Shown here one piece after another: positions 51,661 to 61,567 of a stretch of DNA of 64,000 nucleotides. The position numbers and the translations under genes were made by a program. The notes below the pieces were generated by a model, which did not search any database, was not told the DNA's origin, and saw only the letters and a list, made by a program, of their open reading frames with translations. The stretch covers positions 256,001-320,000 of the forward strand of contig CAWHWX010000016.1 in NCBI GenBank assembly GCA_963833125.1. The letters are read 5' to 3'. This stretch comes from Candidatus Bathyarchaeota archaeon (GTDB lineage: Archaea; Thermoproteota; Bathyarchaeia; 40CM-2-53-6). Every line of letters begins with the position of its first letter. Position 1 is the first letter of the stretch.

Positions 51661-53119
51661 ATGAAAACCGATTACGATTTAATCATTGCCGGAGCAGGCA
51701 TAGCCGGAATGGTGACGGCTGCCTCGGCAGCAAAACACTCTAACCAGAATCTCAAAATCTTAGTAATCGACCGAAACTCCAGAGACGAGGCCGGGAAGAA
51801 AACCTCGGCCGGCTGGGTCTGCGGAGACGCAGTCAGCAAAGGAAGCCTAGATTACCTGGAGCGAGAAGTTGGAATAACTTACGGAAGACCAGAGCTTGAG
51901 CATTCAATCCATGGCGTAGTAGCTTATTCTCCAGATCACGAATCCAAAGCGATGTTCGACGGTGAAGGATATGTGCTTAACCGCCGAATCTTCCCCCAAC
52001 GTCAAATGCGTGATGCCGAGAAACTCGGCGTTGAATTTCAGTTTGAAGCATCTGCCGACTCGCTAGTTGTCGAAGACGGCTTCATACGCGGAGTGCATTG
52101 CCGTTCATCGAAAGACAACTCCACATTCAAGAAAACGGCACAGCTCGTAGTTGACGCCACTGGATCAGCCTCACGTCTCAGAACCAGCCTCCCGATCGTG
52201 AGTCACATTGAGAAAGAGATCGATAAAGAGAACGACATGGAATCAACTGGCCGGTACATCCTCAAATTCGAAAAGGGGAAACGAGATAGCACATTCTTCG
52301 ATCCCCACATTTGCATTATCCACCTGGATCAAAACATTGCTCCAGGCGGATATGCCTGGGTGTTCCCTAAGGGTGAAGACAAAATGAACGTGGGTTTGGG
52401 GATTCAGAAGCGGTTGCTGGAGCGGAGGAACAAAGAGTTAGGTAGGAATGACACCCTCCAATCTCTGATAGACGATTACATAAGAACCAACCCTGTAATC
52501 AAGAGTTGGAAGCTGACGGACGAGGTCGACGATAGGGGAAACGAGAGGGGAAACTGGCAGGTCCCAGTTCGGCGGCAGAACGATTGCATGGTCGCCAATG
52601 GTTACATGATTGTCGGCGACGCTGCATGGATGCCTCGCCCAATTGACGCCGGCGGGATTGGCCCCGCACTCTACGCGAGCACGATTGCAGGAAAAGTAGC
52701 GGCGGAATCTCTTGAATCTAAGGACGCTTCCGAGAAGGGACTATGGAAATTCAACACCGAATACGTTAGAACTTATGGTTATCGAATGGCAAGTTCCGAG
52801 ATTCTTCGACGCTTCCTACAGATACTCAGTAACGATGAACTAAACTATGGAATGAAACATTTCCTAGACCAGGATGATGTGGATAGTATTATCAAACGGG
52901 AGCACCCCGACTTCAAGCGCGTAACCTTTGGAAACCCCGCACGAGTACTCTGGGCATTGCCCCGGCTTGCGTTGGCCAGGGGGTTAAGATACACCGCTGA
53001 GAAGAGCAAGAAACTGATTCAACACTACATGAATTACCCCAACGTCACCTGAAGAGTTTGACGGATGGCATACAAAATTCATGGCGGAACTCCAAGAAGC
53101 TTACGCGAGGTTCTCATGA
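51661..53119 (+). CDS. Digeranylgeranylglycerophospholipid (geranylgeranyl) reductase family protein, frameshift ~53042
   Basis: GAGIAG, CGDAV, PGGYAWVFPKG, VGDAA...P..AGGIG; one-base removal extends to TGA 53119. Confidence 0.88.
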
Positions 53120-53230
53120 AGTCATCAACATTCACCGGATTACTCACCCTCTCTCTGCAAACCGGCACGCATCAGATTCAAATAGGCCTGAAGTTGACTT
53201 GAAATCGAAATTACAGAGTGCTGAACACAC

Positions 53231-53617
53231 ATGGAAGAGTTTCTCGAGAAGGTTAACCCAAAACAGAAGAAATACTTCATGCAACTCCGAACAAAACTAC
53301 GCACACTTCCAGATATCGAAGAAACGATAGAGATCGACGAAGTCTCAGGGGAATGGTGCCCGGCCTATAGGGTGAAAGGCTCGGATCTGGTTTGGGTTCA
53401 CTTTGACGAGCATCTATGGGTCAACTTCCCCGTAGAACCAAAATTCGAGAAGAAAGTCCTACAAGACGAGAACCTTGACAACTATGTGATCGAGTGTGTG
53501 AAAGAAGCCGAACAGAACGGGAGCGAGAAATGGGCGACCGTCGCGATCAAATCTGGCGAAACCGTAGACCAAGTTGTTCCACTTCTAGAACTCCGGCATT
53601 CGGTTCTCGCTTCGTAA
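53231..53617 (+). CDS. Hypothetical protein (DUF3788/YjbR-like)
   Basis: W...YR.KG..L...KW....I pattern; acidic 128 aa. Confidence 0.55.
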   Translation: MEEFLEKVNPKQKKYFMQLRTKLRTLPDIEETIEIDEVSGEWCPAYRVKGSDLVWVHFDEHLWVNFPVEPKFEKKVLQDENLDNYVIECVKEAEQNGSEKWATVAIKSGETVDQVVPLLELRHSVLAS

Positions 53618-53623
53618 CACATT

Positions 53624-54421
53624 TCAGTTCGTGCGACTCTTGGGCTTAGCCGCGTCCTTAATCGCGGACGTGCTCTCATCTGACCAGAGATACTCGAAAT
53701 AATTCTTGGCGAACTTCGAGAGCCCTATGTGATCAGACCATATTGCAAGGCTGATGGCTTCATCACCCTCTTGACCCAATAGGAGAATTACCTCGCGGCC
53801 GTCCGCGATTATTCCGCCACCAAACATTTGCTCACGCACGCGAACTTCGCAAAATTTCGATAATTTAGCCATCGTTTCACTCATCGGGCTCTTCATAGTC
53901 ATGATCTGCACTTTGACCCCTCGTTCCGCGATCGACTTCACCGGAGGAATCAACAATTCCACGACGTCGTCCGGAATAGCGGGCACTGCCGCTAGGACTT
54001 CCTTTTGCACATGTTCGATTGTTTCCCTGATCTTTGAGAGAACGTTGAAATTTCCGCGAACGATCCAAATGTCAGGATGTTCCCTCACACCCTTCTTCTC
54101 ATACAGCGGCTGTAGCTCATCATGAATGAGCGCTTCGTTCGTTTTCAAGGAGTTCTCAAGCTGTGATCTCGTGATCTCCATCGCCACTGAGGGCGGCTTT
54201 GGATAGTACCTGCTCGGGCGGCCGTGCTCACTCTCTATCCATCCCTTCTTCTCGAGCGAGCCGAGCACTTCGTAAATCTTTGAGTATGGAACATCGGATG
54301 CTTCGCTAAGCTCACTCGCCGTGGCAGGCCCTATCTCAAGCAGAGAGGTATAGGATCGGATTTCGTAATCCGTGAGCCCGAACTCCTGAAGCGAACGCCG
54401 AACCCTATCTGTTACCGGCAG
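53624..54421 (-). CDS. TrmB family transcriptional regulator
   Basis: L.EFGLT.YE...Y..LL...A.ELS..S.VP.SKIYEVL.SLE.KG; frame extends upstream of ORF call to CTG at 54421. Confidence 0.9.
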   Translation of the reverse strand: MPVTDRVRRSLQEFGLTDYEIRSYTSLLEIGPATASELSEASDVPYSKIYEVLGSLEKKGWIESEHGRPSRYYPKPPSVAMEITRSQLENSLKTNEALIHDELQPLYEKKGVREHPDIWIVRGNFNVLSKIRETIEHVQKEVLAAVPAIPDDVVELLIPPVKSIAERGVKVQIMTMKSPMSETMAKLSKFCEVRVREQMFGGGIIADGREVILLLGQEGDEAISLAIWSDHIGLSKFAKNYFEYLWSDESTSAIKDAAKPKSRTN

Positions 54422-54596
54422 GCTAGTACACTCCTAGATGCGAATGCCAGTTAGTTTCCAGGCCAACCCAATATAAGATTTAACAACTAAAGGTGGTTAA
54501 CTCCCCGCCAACGCTGCGCCTAACCCGGTTCGCTAAGCAGACTTGGGTGGACTACCCCCTAAACTGAATGAGCTGGGACAGACGACCTTGGTTTCT

Positions 54597-55046
54597 TCAA
54601 CTGTGGGCCGTTTCGGTTGAGACCCAATGCGATTCCTTCGAGGTGAACTCCTTCTTCCAGATTGGGACTTCCGTCTTCACGCGTTCAACCGTTTCAGCTA
54701 GTGCCGGGAATACATCTTGCCGGTGTTTGCCGAGAACTACGACGAAGATGCTGGGCTCACCGACCGATAAGGAGTCGATGACGTGGTGAATTGCAACCTC
54801 AACAACACCGGGGTGTTTCTTGGTTTCCGCCCTGATTTCCTCCATACGTTTCAAGGCTACATCGGCATACGCTTCATACTCTAGGTACGTGACTTTGGAA
54901 TCTGAATCGTGGACAGTGTCCCCGCGAACTACTCCGATGAAGGAGGCTATTGCGCCGGAGTCGTGGTATGCTGGGTGTGTCTTGAGGTGGTCGATTATTT
55001 GTTGGAGGTCAATCTCGCCTTTGCGATGAAGCCCCACTGATTCCAT
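54597..55046 (-). CDS. moaE: Molybdopterin synthase catalytic subunit
   Basis: GAIASF.GVVR, LEYEAY, HR...F, K..VPIWKKE. Confidence 0.95.
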   Translation of the reverse strand: MESVGLHRKGEIDLQQIIDHLKTHPAYHDSGAIASFIGVVRGDTVHDSDSKVTYLEYEAYADVALKRMEEIRAETKKHPGVVEVAIHHVIDSLSVGEPSIFVVVLGKHRQDVFPALAETVERVKTEVPIWKKEFTSKESHWVSTETAHS

Positions 55047-55107
55047 AGCTGGATTCCGAAGTACCTGTATGGGTTCCTGAATGAAAACTGAGCGTTCGGC
55101 TCAACGT

Positions 55108-55353
55108 CTAACTTTGGGCAGGTGCCGGATTGAGTCCGGCTTTCATCTTCTCTAAGTGTTGACCCTCCGTGTCGAACATAGTTCCCACGATCTGGACTTG
55201 GTAGATTGTCCTTGCTGTGTTGCAAAAGTCGCATGGAGGACCGAACCCGTCCGGGTTGGGGGATGTTCTTAGCCACATTTGGTTTATTCCCGCGAAAGTT
55301 AGGTCAAGTCTGACTTTATCCTTGGCGCAGTTCTCGCAAAGATAGAAAGGCAT
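55108..55353 (-). CDS. Small CxxC...CxxC zinc-binding protein
   Basis: LCENC and PCDFC pairs. Confidence 0.6.
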   Translation of the reverse strand: MPFYLCENCAKDKVRLDLTFAGINQMWLRTSPNPDGFGPPCDFCNTARTIYQVQIVGTMFDTEGQHLEKMKAGLNPAPAQS

Positions 55354-55416
55354 GTCGAATACCGACTGCGATAGGGTCCGACTGAATATTAATACTTTGA
55401 AGAGTTTCAGCTAGGA

Positions 55417-56448
55417 TTAGGCCTGATCCATCATACTACTTACCTTGCTCTCATTGAACTGCTCCGAATCCCTATTCACCATCGTCATCGTGAGCCTTGC
55501 GCCGTCAGTCAAAACCTGCCACTGCATCCCTCCGATCGCAAACCCCTCATTGCGGATTACTGCACGAGCTGCGAGAGTAAACGGGCAGGAGGATAAGCTC
55601 CTTCCATTATCCAGTAATCTCTTGAGGACTGGGAGATAACAGTAATTCTTGAAATCCACAATTACCTTTTGTCGAGAGAGCTGAATCTCGATCGCGTGCG
55701 CTAAACCTCCATTAACCATGAATGTAGATAATGTACGCAAGGATCCTTCGAGGTCATCTCGTAGTTGCATTCTTGATTCGTCGCGCATGAACTCCAGCAT
55801 CCCCTGTCCCACGTTGTCGAGAATGAGTTGCGCCTGTGCTCCAAGATATTCGAATCCGCACGCCAACCCGTATGCAATCGCCTCGAACGCAGGTAGTCCT
55901 AGACCCTCGTCGAGCTGACTTTCCAGCTTGGTATCTGTGAAGTCGGCTGGACTGTGGGGAATCACGGTACTCTCAGTATGCGTGATCCCGGGAGCAATCT
56001 TCAATTTCATTGAGAAGATTCCGTCTCGCGTCACGCTGTCCGAGATTCTCTCGTTGACAACTCCTACAGATTTCGTGATCGCATTATTGGCCATGCAGAC
56101 TGGGCAAGTGAGGAGGAATGAGTTACGGTTGCGTAGCTTCTGCATGAGTGGCAAGAACCTATAATTCTGCATAACGATGTCTAGGGTGTCGCCGTTCTGA
56201 TCGATGGTTATGTTGCTCATGTAGCCGCTCTTGACAAAGAATTTCACTATGTTGCCTACAAATTGATGTGGATCGTTTGACTTTTCGAAGTAGCCTTCGC
56301 TGAGTCCATATTCTATTATTCCATCCCCTATTCTGTCAAGCATATCCTGCCCCCTGAACCCCAAGTACTCAAAGGCCCTCGCGGTTCCGTAAAGCATAGG
56401 GTCAACTACCGAAAGCTGGATCATACCGTGCTCGGACGGAGTAGTCAA
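55417..56448 (-). CDS. Tandem V4R/H-NOX-like ligand-binding domain protein
   Basis: Internal duplication: YG....FEYLG...Q..LD..G.G..E and NY..LP....L......CP in both halves. Confidence 0.65.
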   Translation of the reverse strand: MTTPSEHGMIQLSVVDPMLYGTARAFEYLGFRGQDMLDRIGDGIIEYGLSEGYFEKSNDPHQFVGNIVKFFVKSGYMSNITIDQNGDTLDIVMQNYRFLPLMQKLRNRNSFLLTCPVCMANNAITKSVGVVNERISDSVTRDGIFSMKLKIAPGITHTESTVIPHSPADFTDTKLESQLDEGLGLPAFEAIAYGLACGFEYLGAQAQLILDNVGQGMLEFMRDESRMQLRDDLEGSLRTLSTFMVNGGLAHAIEIQLSRQKVIVDFKNYCYLPVLKRLLDNGRSLSSCPFTLAARAVIRNEGFAIGGMQWQVLTDGARLTMTMVNRDSEQFNESKVSSMMDQA

Positions 56449-56996
56449 AGTTTCACAACCTTATCGCAGAACGGTGCGAGTTGCGAAACAACATCTTTCT
56501 CTGCATTCATTTCTACGGTGAGCAGTGAACCGGATGTGTTCCATCGCCTCATTTTCTCGGTTAGTAGGTGTGCGAATTTCGAGACCGACTTGGGGTCATT
56601 GTAAATCAGAAGAGTTGAGAGGCTGTCGAGGAGTAGGAACTTTTCACCTTCGAACAAGTTTACAGCTCTGGATATGCCGATGCACAGGTTGCTCAGGCCG
56701 ACACCTGACCCTAAACAGGCATGGTCCTTTCCTTCCTCTGGGGACGGGACGTTGGTGATTCCATCCACAAAGTAGAGGGATTCGGCTGGGACTCCGGCGT
56801 TTCCGAAGGTCTTCATGAGAACACTAAACGGTTTGTTAAGGGTAACATAGATTCCACGTGATGACTTCTTTGAAAAATAGTTGAGAATGTCAACGGTCGC
56901 TTCCTGGTATCGCATAGGGTCGATCAGGGTTAAGACGATGGGATTGTCGAAATCCCGTAAGGTCTCAGAAATGCGTTCGTATGTTTCAGCACACAT
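56445..56996 (-). CDS. Degenerate KaiC/RecA-like ATPase domain protein
   Basis: GIYVTLNKP, FVD, LLDSLSTLLIYN, FCD.V; Walker A absent. Confidence 0.8.
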   Translation of the reverse strand: MCAETYERISETLRDFDNPIVLTLIDPMRYQEATVDILNYFSKKSSRGIYVTLNKPFSVLMKTFGNAGVPAESLYFVDGITNVPSPEEGKDHACLGSGVGLSNLCIGISRAVNLFEGEKFLLLDSLSTLLIYNDPKSVSKFAHLLTEKMRRWNTSGSLLTVEMNAEKDVVSQLAPFCDKVVKL

Positions 56997-57128
56997 GATT
57001 GACGTCGCTGCTTGGTAGAATGAGCAGCGAAAAACCTTTCGAAACGTGATTTTCGAACGGTTTTTGATGTCTCTTTGAGACGCTTTACTTTAATCCCTAT
57101 GCCGTAAGGGAATGTATCTGAGCGCGTT

Positions 57129-58004
57129 ATGGCCCGAAGAGAACTGATAGTGCCCGCAGTTTTGCTCTTTGTAATTGCTTTGATCACCACGCTTGCGACC
57201 GGCGCTGGATCACGCCCTCCATGGATTGGGACGTTCGCTGAGTACTTGTTGCCTGCAATCTTGACGATCTACCTTCTAGCAGTACTCGCATATGCCAAGG
57301 TAATTGTTGAGCTCCTTGCGGCATTCTTCCTAGGTAACCGTAAACAGAATGGATCGGGTGGAAGATCTTTTGCTGTGATCCTAGGATACGTCATAGGATT
57401 CGTTCTGTTCTTTGTGTTCCTCCGAACCGTAATGCTTCAATCGGTCGCTGGATTCTTTCAAACCGCCGCAAACCTCGTAGGGACGTGGTTCCACGCCACC
57501 CAGGCTCAAACCACTGCACAACCCAATAGCCCGGCCGCCAACCCGTTTCTTTTCTACTACACTCTCATAATCTTCGGATTGATAGTAGTGGTGGCAACGG
57601 CCTTGTTTTTCGGTGGGATTCGCAAGGCTTACGAATGGGCGCGGGACGAGTACACCCCATACAATGCAGAGGTGGCGAAACGCGAAGCCTTGAGAGTGGT
57701 ACAGAAGACCGTTGCCACGCTCAAACTAAGTGGAGACTACCGTGAGGCGATATTGAGATGTTACAGGCAAATGTGCCAAGTACTGTCTAACCATGGATTC
57801 AATATTAGCCTCCAAGAAACTGCACGAGAGTTTTCGGAAAACATCTCGCACAAACTGGAACTTGGGGGCGATGCCATCACAAGCCTTACTTTCCTATTTG
57901 AAGAAGCAAGGTACAGTGATCATCAAATCGACGATAGCAAGCGCACGGTCGCGGTAAATCAACTTGAGAGCTTGGAACGCTCTCTGGCCACTTCAAACAG
58001 CTGA
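57129..58004 (+). CDS. DUF4129 membrane protein
   Basis: Four TMs then I..CY..M...ETAREF...LT.LFEEARYS.H. Confidence 0.88.
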   Translation: MARRELIVPAVLLFVIALITTLATGAGSRPPWIGTFAEYLLPAILTIYLLAVLAYAKVIVELLAAFFLGNRKQNGSGGRSFAVILGYVIGFVLFFVFLRTVMLQSVAGFFQTAANLVGTWFHATQAQTTAQPNSPAANPFLFYYTLIIFGLIVVVATALFFGGIRKAYEWARDEYTPYNAEVAKREALRVVQKTVATLKLSGDYREAILRCYRQMCQVLSNHGFNISLQETAREFSENISHKLELGGDAITSLTFLFEEARYSDHQIDDSKRTVAVNQLESLERSLATSNS

Positions 58005-58009
58005 AAATT

Positions 58010-58522
58010 ATGAAGAAGCAAATCAAAACTCTGATGCAGATTGGAGTCGTCTATCTGGCCGTTTCAATCGTCCTGGATTTCTTTCTCGCTGGCTACCCAA
58101 TCCTGACATGGGCCGGCCTCGGCTTCGCCTTCATCCTCTTCGGAGCCGTCATCTTCAACGTAATCCTAGAACTAACTACTCGCCCCGCGGTAAACAAGAG
58201 AGTACGTCAATTCACGAAAAGTGAGGACGACCTCATGCGACTGGACAAGCTATGCCAGCAATCCCTCGAACATGGTGACGCAGCCGCAATCCAGCTTCTC
58301 TTCGAGAGAGTTAGATCGCTCGCGTTCGCAGCGGCAGCGTACCACTTCGGCATTACTGAATCCATGCTAAGAAACTTGGTTCAGCATGATCCATCTTCAC
58401 TCGAGCAGCAGATACAAGATCGACGTATGTTCGAAGTGTTGACTCAGACTGGTTCTGCAGACAACCTGCGGAAGGGCGACTTTGAAAGTTGTCTGGCGAA
58501 GATTGAGGATTGGTCACGCTGA
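58010..58522 (+). CDS. Two-TM protein of the MoxR operon
   Basis: Two N-terminal TMs, overlaps moxR start. Confidence 0.7.
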   Translation: MKKQIKTLMQIGVVYLAVSIVLDFFLAGYPILTWAGLGFAFILFGAVIFNVILELTTRPAVNKRVRQFTKSEDDLMRLDKLCQQSLEHGDAAAIQLLFERVRSLAFAAAAYHFGITESMLRNLVQHDPSSLEQQIQDRRMFEVLTQTGSADNLRKGDFESCLAKIEDWSR

Positions 58523-59469
58523 AGATTGAGAACGTCGCCGAGAGTTGCAATGCGATACTCGCGGAGTTGAACACTGCAATTGTCGGCAAGGAGGCTGTGC
58601 TTCGTAAGATACTTGTCGGAGTACTCGCTAACTCTCATATTCTTCTTGAGGACTTCCCTGGCCTCGCGAAGACGGTTATCGCGAAGTCTCTGGCCGTTGC
58701 GGTTGGGTGTAAATTTGCGAGAGTTCAGTTCACCCCCGATCTTCTTCCAGCTGACATTACCGGGACATACATCTACAATCAGAAGCTGAGCGATTTCGAG
58801 CTCAGAAGGGGTCCGATTTTCACTAACATTCTTCTCGCAGACGAGATAAACCGAAGCCCTCCTAAAACTCAATCAGCATTATTGGAGGCTATGCAGGAAC
58901 GTCAAACTACATTGGACGGAAGAACGCATCCGCTTGACAACCCGTTCATAGTAATCGCGACTCAAAACCCGATCGAGTTCGAGGGCGTATACCAGCTCCC
59001 TGAAGCTCAACTTGACAGGTTCATCATGAGGCTTCGAATCGGGTATCCCGATAAGAACTCGGAGATTGAGATTCTCAAGAGACGTGTCATGCGGAGAAGC
59101 GATGACTTCTCGATCAAAACGATCATCAACTCAACAACCCTATTGGAAATGCAGGATGCTGTGGAGGGGGTGCACGCCGACGACGGAGTGCTTTCGTACA
59201 TTACCGATATTGTCCGTGAAACGCGGACACATGGTCAGGTCGAGATAGGTGCTAGTCCTCGCGGGTCTCTATCACTTCTAAAGTTGGCGAGAGCGAATGC
59301 GGCGTTCTCCGGCCGAGACTACATCATCCCAGATGACGTCAAGGCAATTTGCATTGAGGCCCTTTCACACAGAATAATTCCCAAGGCCGCGTCTTGGGTT
59401 CGCGGTTTCGATGCAGGCTCGATCATTGAAGAGATTGTTAGACGAGTTCCGGTCCCCAGGGTAGATTAA
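58510..59469 (+). CDS. moxR: MoxR family AAA+ ATPase
   Basis: LLED.PGLAKT, QFTPDLLPAD, LADEINR..PKTQSALLEAM, ATQNPIE, GASPR. Confidence 0.97.
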   Translation: MVTLKIENVAESCNAILAELNTAIVGKEAVLRKILVGVLANSHILLEDFPGLAKTVIAKSLAVAVGCKFARVQFTPDLLPADITGTYIYNQKLSDFELRRGPIFTNILLADEINRSPPKTQSALLEAMQERQTTLDGRTHPLDNPFIVIATQNPIEFEGVYQLPEAQLDRFIMRLRIGYPDKNSEIEILKRRVMRRSDDFSIKTIINSTTLLEMQDAVEGVHADDGVLSYITDIVRETRTHGQVEIGASPRGSLSLLKLARANAAFSGRDYIIPDDVKAICIEALSHRIIPKAASWVRGFDAGSIIEEIVRRVPVPRVD

Positions 59470-60742
59470 TGGCGTTAACTCGAAAAACTCTCGCATACTT
59501 AGCTGCCGCATATGGAATCATTTTCTTAGCCCTGCTTTTCCGAGCTCCATGGCTGACTGTATTTGTCCTCCCAATCGCTTTCCTGATATTCACCTCCTCC
59601 AAGCTGCCAAAATTGGACCCCTTTCCCCTTACGGTAACGAGAAGGATTCAACCCTCGCGATCGTTTGGCGACGAGGATGTAGATGTGACTCTAAGTGTCA
59701 CAAACAAATCATTTCGACCAATTGAGGCTCTTCAACTCGAAGACAATCTACCCGATGGACTGAAACTGAAGTCGGGAACCAGCCGACTGATACTCTCACT
59801 CCGTCCTGGTGAGTGTGCGGAATTCAAGTATAGACTTTCAAACCCGAAGCGTGGCACCTACGTGATTGGACCCAGTACCGTTAGTTTCGCCGATACGCTA
59901 CGACTAAGGAGTATGACCAAGAGACTCTCGAATCTTGACGAGTTGGTCGTACTTCCGAAGATAGAAGATCTCGGAACTATTGATTTGCATGGTCGTCGGG
60001 TGGGTCCATGGCCCGGTCTAGTTCCTTCGAGACGAATCGGAATCGGAACTGAGTTCTTCGAAACAGCACCCTACAATCCCGGCGACGATCTTCGCCGTGC
60101 GTCAACTGGAAAGCATCAGCCAGATCAAGGCAACTTATCACCAACGAATTCGAAGGCGAACAAGTAGTCGATGTCTTTGTTGTGCTTGACTGTTCGGAGG
60201 ATGTATTTTCTGACATCTTTGATTTTGATGTACTGGAGTTTCAGGTCGGCTTTGCAGCTTCACTCTGCTCTCAGCTGATCAAGCAAGGTAATCGTGTAGG
60301 TCTTTCCGTTTATGGAGCCGTCAGAACTTGGGTTGACCTAGATTTTGGCAAAAGGCAACTGTTGAGGTTACTCGATAGTTTGGCTATCGTGAGACCTGGA
60401 CCGACGACTCTACCGATCGAATACGTAGTCGAATCCGTCATTGCTGCCATTCTTCCCGCGAGATCAGTCGTCTTGCTGATCACGCCAATGGTCAGTGATA
60501 AGGTTCTAACATTGATTGAGAACATCACAATGAAAGGATACACTGCGATATCTTTCGTACCCTCACCTAGAACCACTCCTGGAAATGTCAATGAATCATC
60601 AAGGATTGCTCGACGAATCTTTGCTGCCGAGAGGAAATTGAAGATAAACAGGGCGAAGCAGCTAACACAGGTGATCGAACTCTCGCCGACGACCGCCATT
60701 AAGCCACTCCTTAGGATGAGAAGCCGATGGAAAACAGCTTAA
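59469..60742 (+). CDS. DUF58 domain protein (frameshift ~60098)
   Basis: G.G.EF....Y.PGDD.R then shifted VNWKASAR...LITNEFE.E, LD.S. Confidence 0.9.
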
Positions 60743-61332
60743 CAGCGCTACGCTTACGCTGGAAACTTCTTAGAGGCGTTGCAAGTGCAATCGTGATAGC
60801 CACGTTCACTCTTATTCTCTCAACAATCCCAGCAACATTCTGGATCCTTTGGCTTCTGGCACTTTTGATCGGAGTTTTCACCAGTGTAGTTGCGCTCGTT
60901 AAATGTGATTTAATTTGGAATAGGTTAACCCTACTTGGACAGGGGATCCTTCTAACGATCGCACTCTTATCCGCCTTTTCTGCACGTGTACCAGGAGAGA
61001 ACGTTCCAATTCTTCTTCTAGCGTTTGTCATGGTGTTGGCAACTGAGCATCTTCTTAGTTTGATATCTCAATACAGCGCTCAATTCTCATCCAGCAATTC
61101 TGCGACGGGAATGGATTTCAATGTGACAGTTCTGCAACAGTCCCTTGATCGTCTTTACCGAAGACTAGCTTGGGATGGAGCAATTTTCGGCGCGGGCTAC
61201 ATGCTCGCGCTTGCCGTTGCCACTGTAGGGAACATACTGGGTTCAATTGCACCGGTTCTATCCGACGTATCAGTCTACGTGCTAGTAACCTCTATCGCCC
61301 TTGCTATTCTGATTGTGTCAAAAGACGAATGA
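60727..61332 (+). CDS. Multi-pass membrane protein, last gene of MoxR operon
   Basis: About six TM helices, overlaps DUF58 stop. Confidence 0.7.
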   Translation: MENSLTALRLRWKLLRGVASAIVIATFTLILSTIPATFWILWLLALLIGVFTSVVALVKCDLIWNRLTLLGQGILLTIALLSAFSARVPGENVPILLLAFVMVLATEHLLSLISQYSAQFSSSNSATGMDFNVTVLQQSLDRLYRRLAWDGAIFGAGYMLALAVATVGNILGSIAPVLSDVSVYVLVTSIALAILIVSKDE

Positions 61333-61567
61333 TAGCAGTTTACGCGACTCGGGGTAAATGCCTTCTCAACACAACTTGTTCAGGTTAACTCTGATTCCCT
61401 CATCGCCGCAGCAAAATGCTCCGCCATCATGTTGCTAAGTATTTTGGTCAAGCATCAGTGCGTTGCCTCAGCAGTTGAGCCTCGTTTCTGGATGTTCTGG
61501 TTTTTGCCTTGTCTTTAACTTAAAATACCAAACTCGGTATATCTGTACTCTAATCTGAGTTGAAACT

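Noticed and set aside
3120-60742. Frameshifts in hutH, ACAD, ppdK, ggt, mdh, propeller 2, ggr, DUF58 and the subtilase as programmed recoding or pseudogenes
   Set aside because: Most of those inspected are single extra bases with no shared slippery motif, in otherwise intact housekeeping genes; best explained as long-read insertion error
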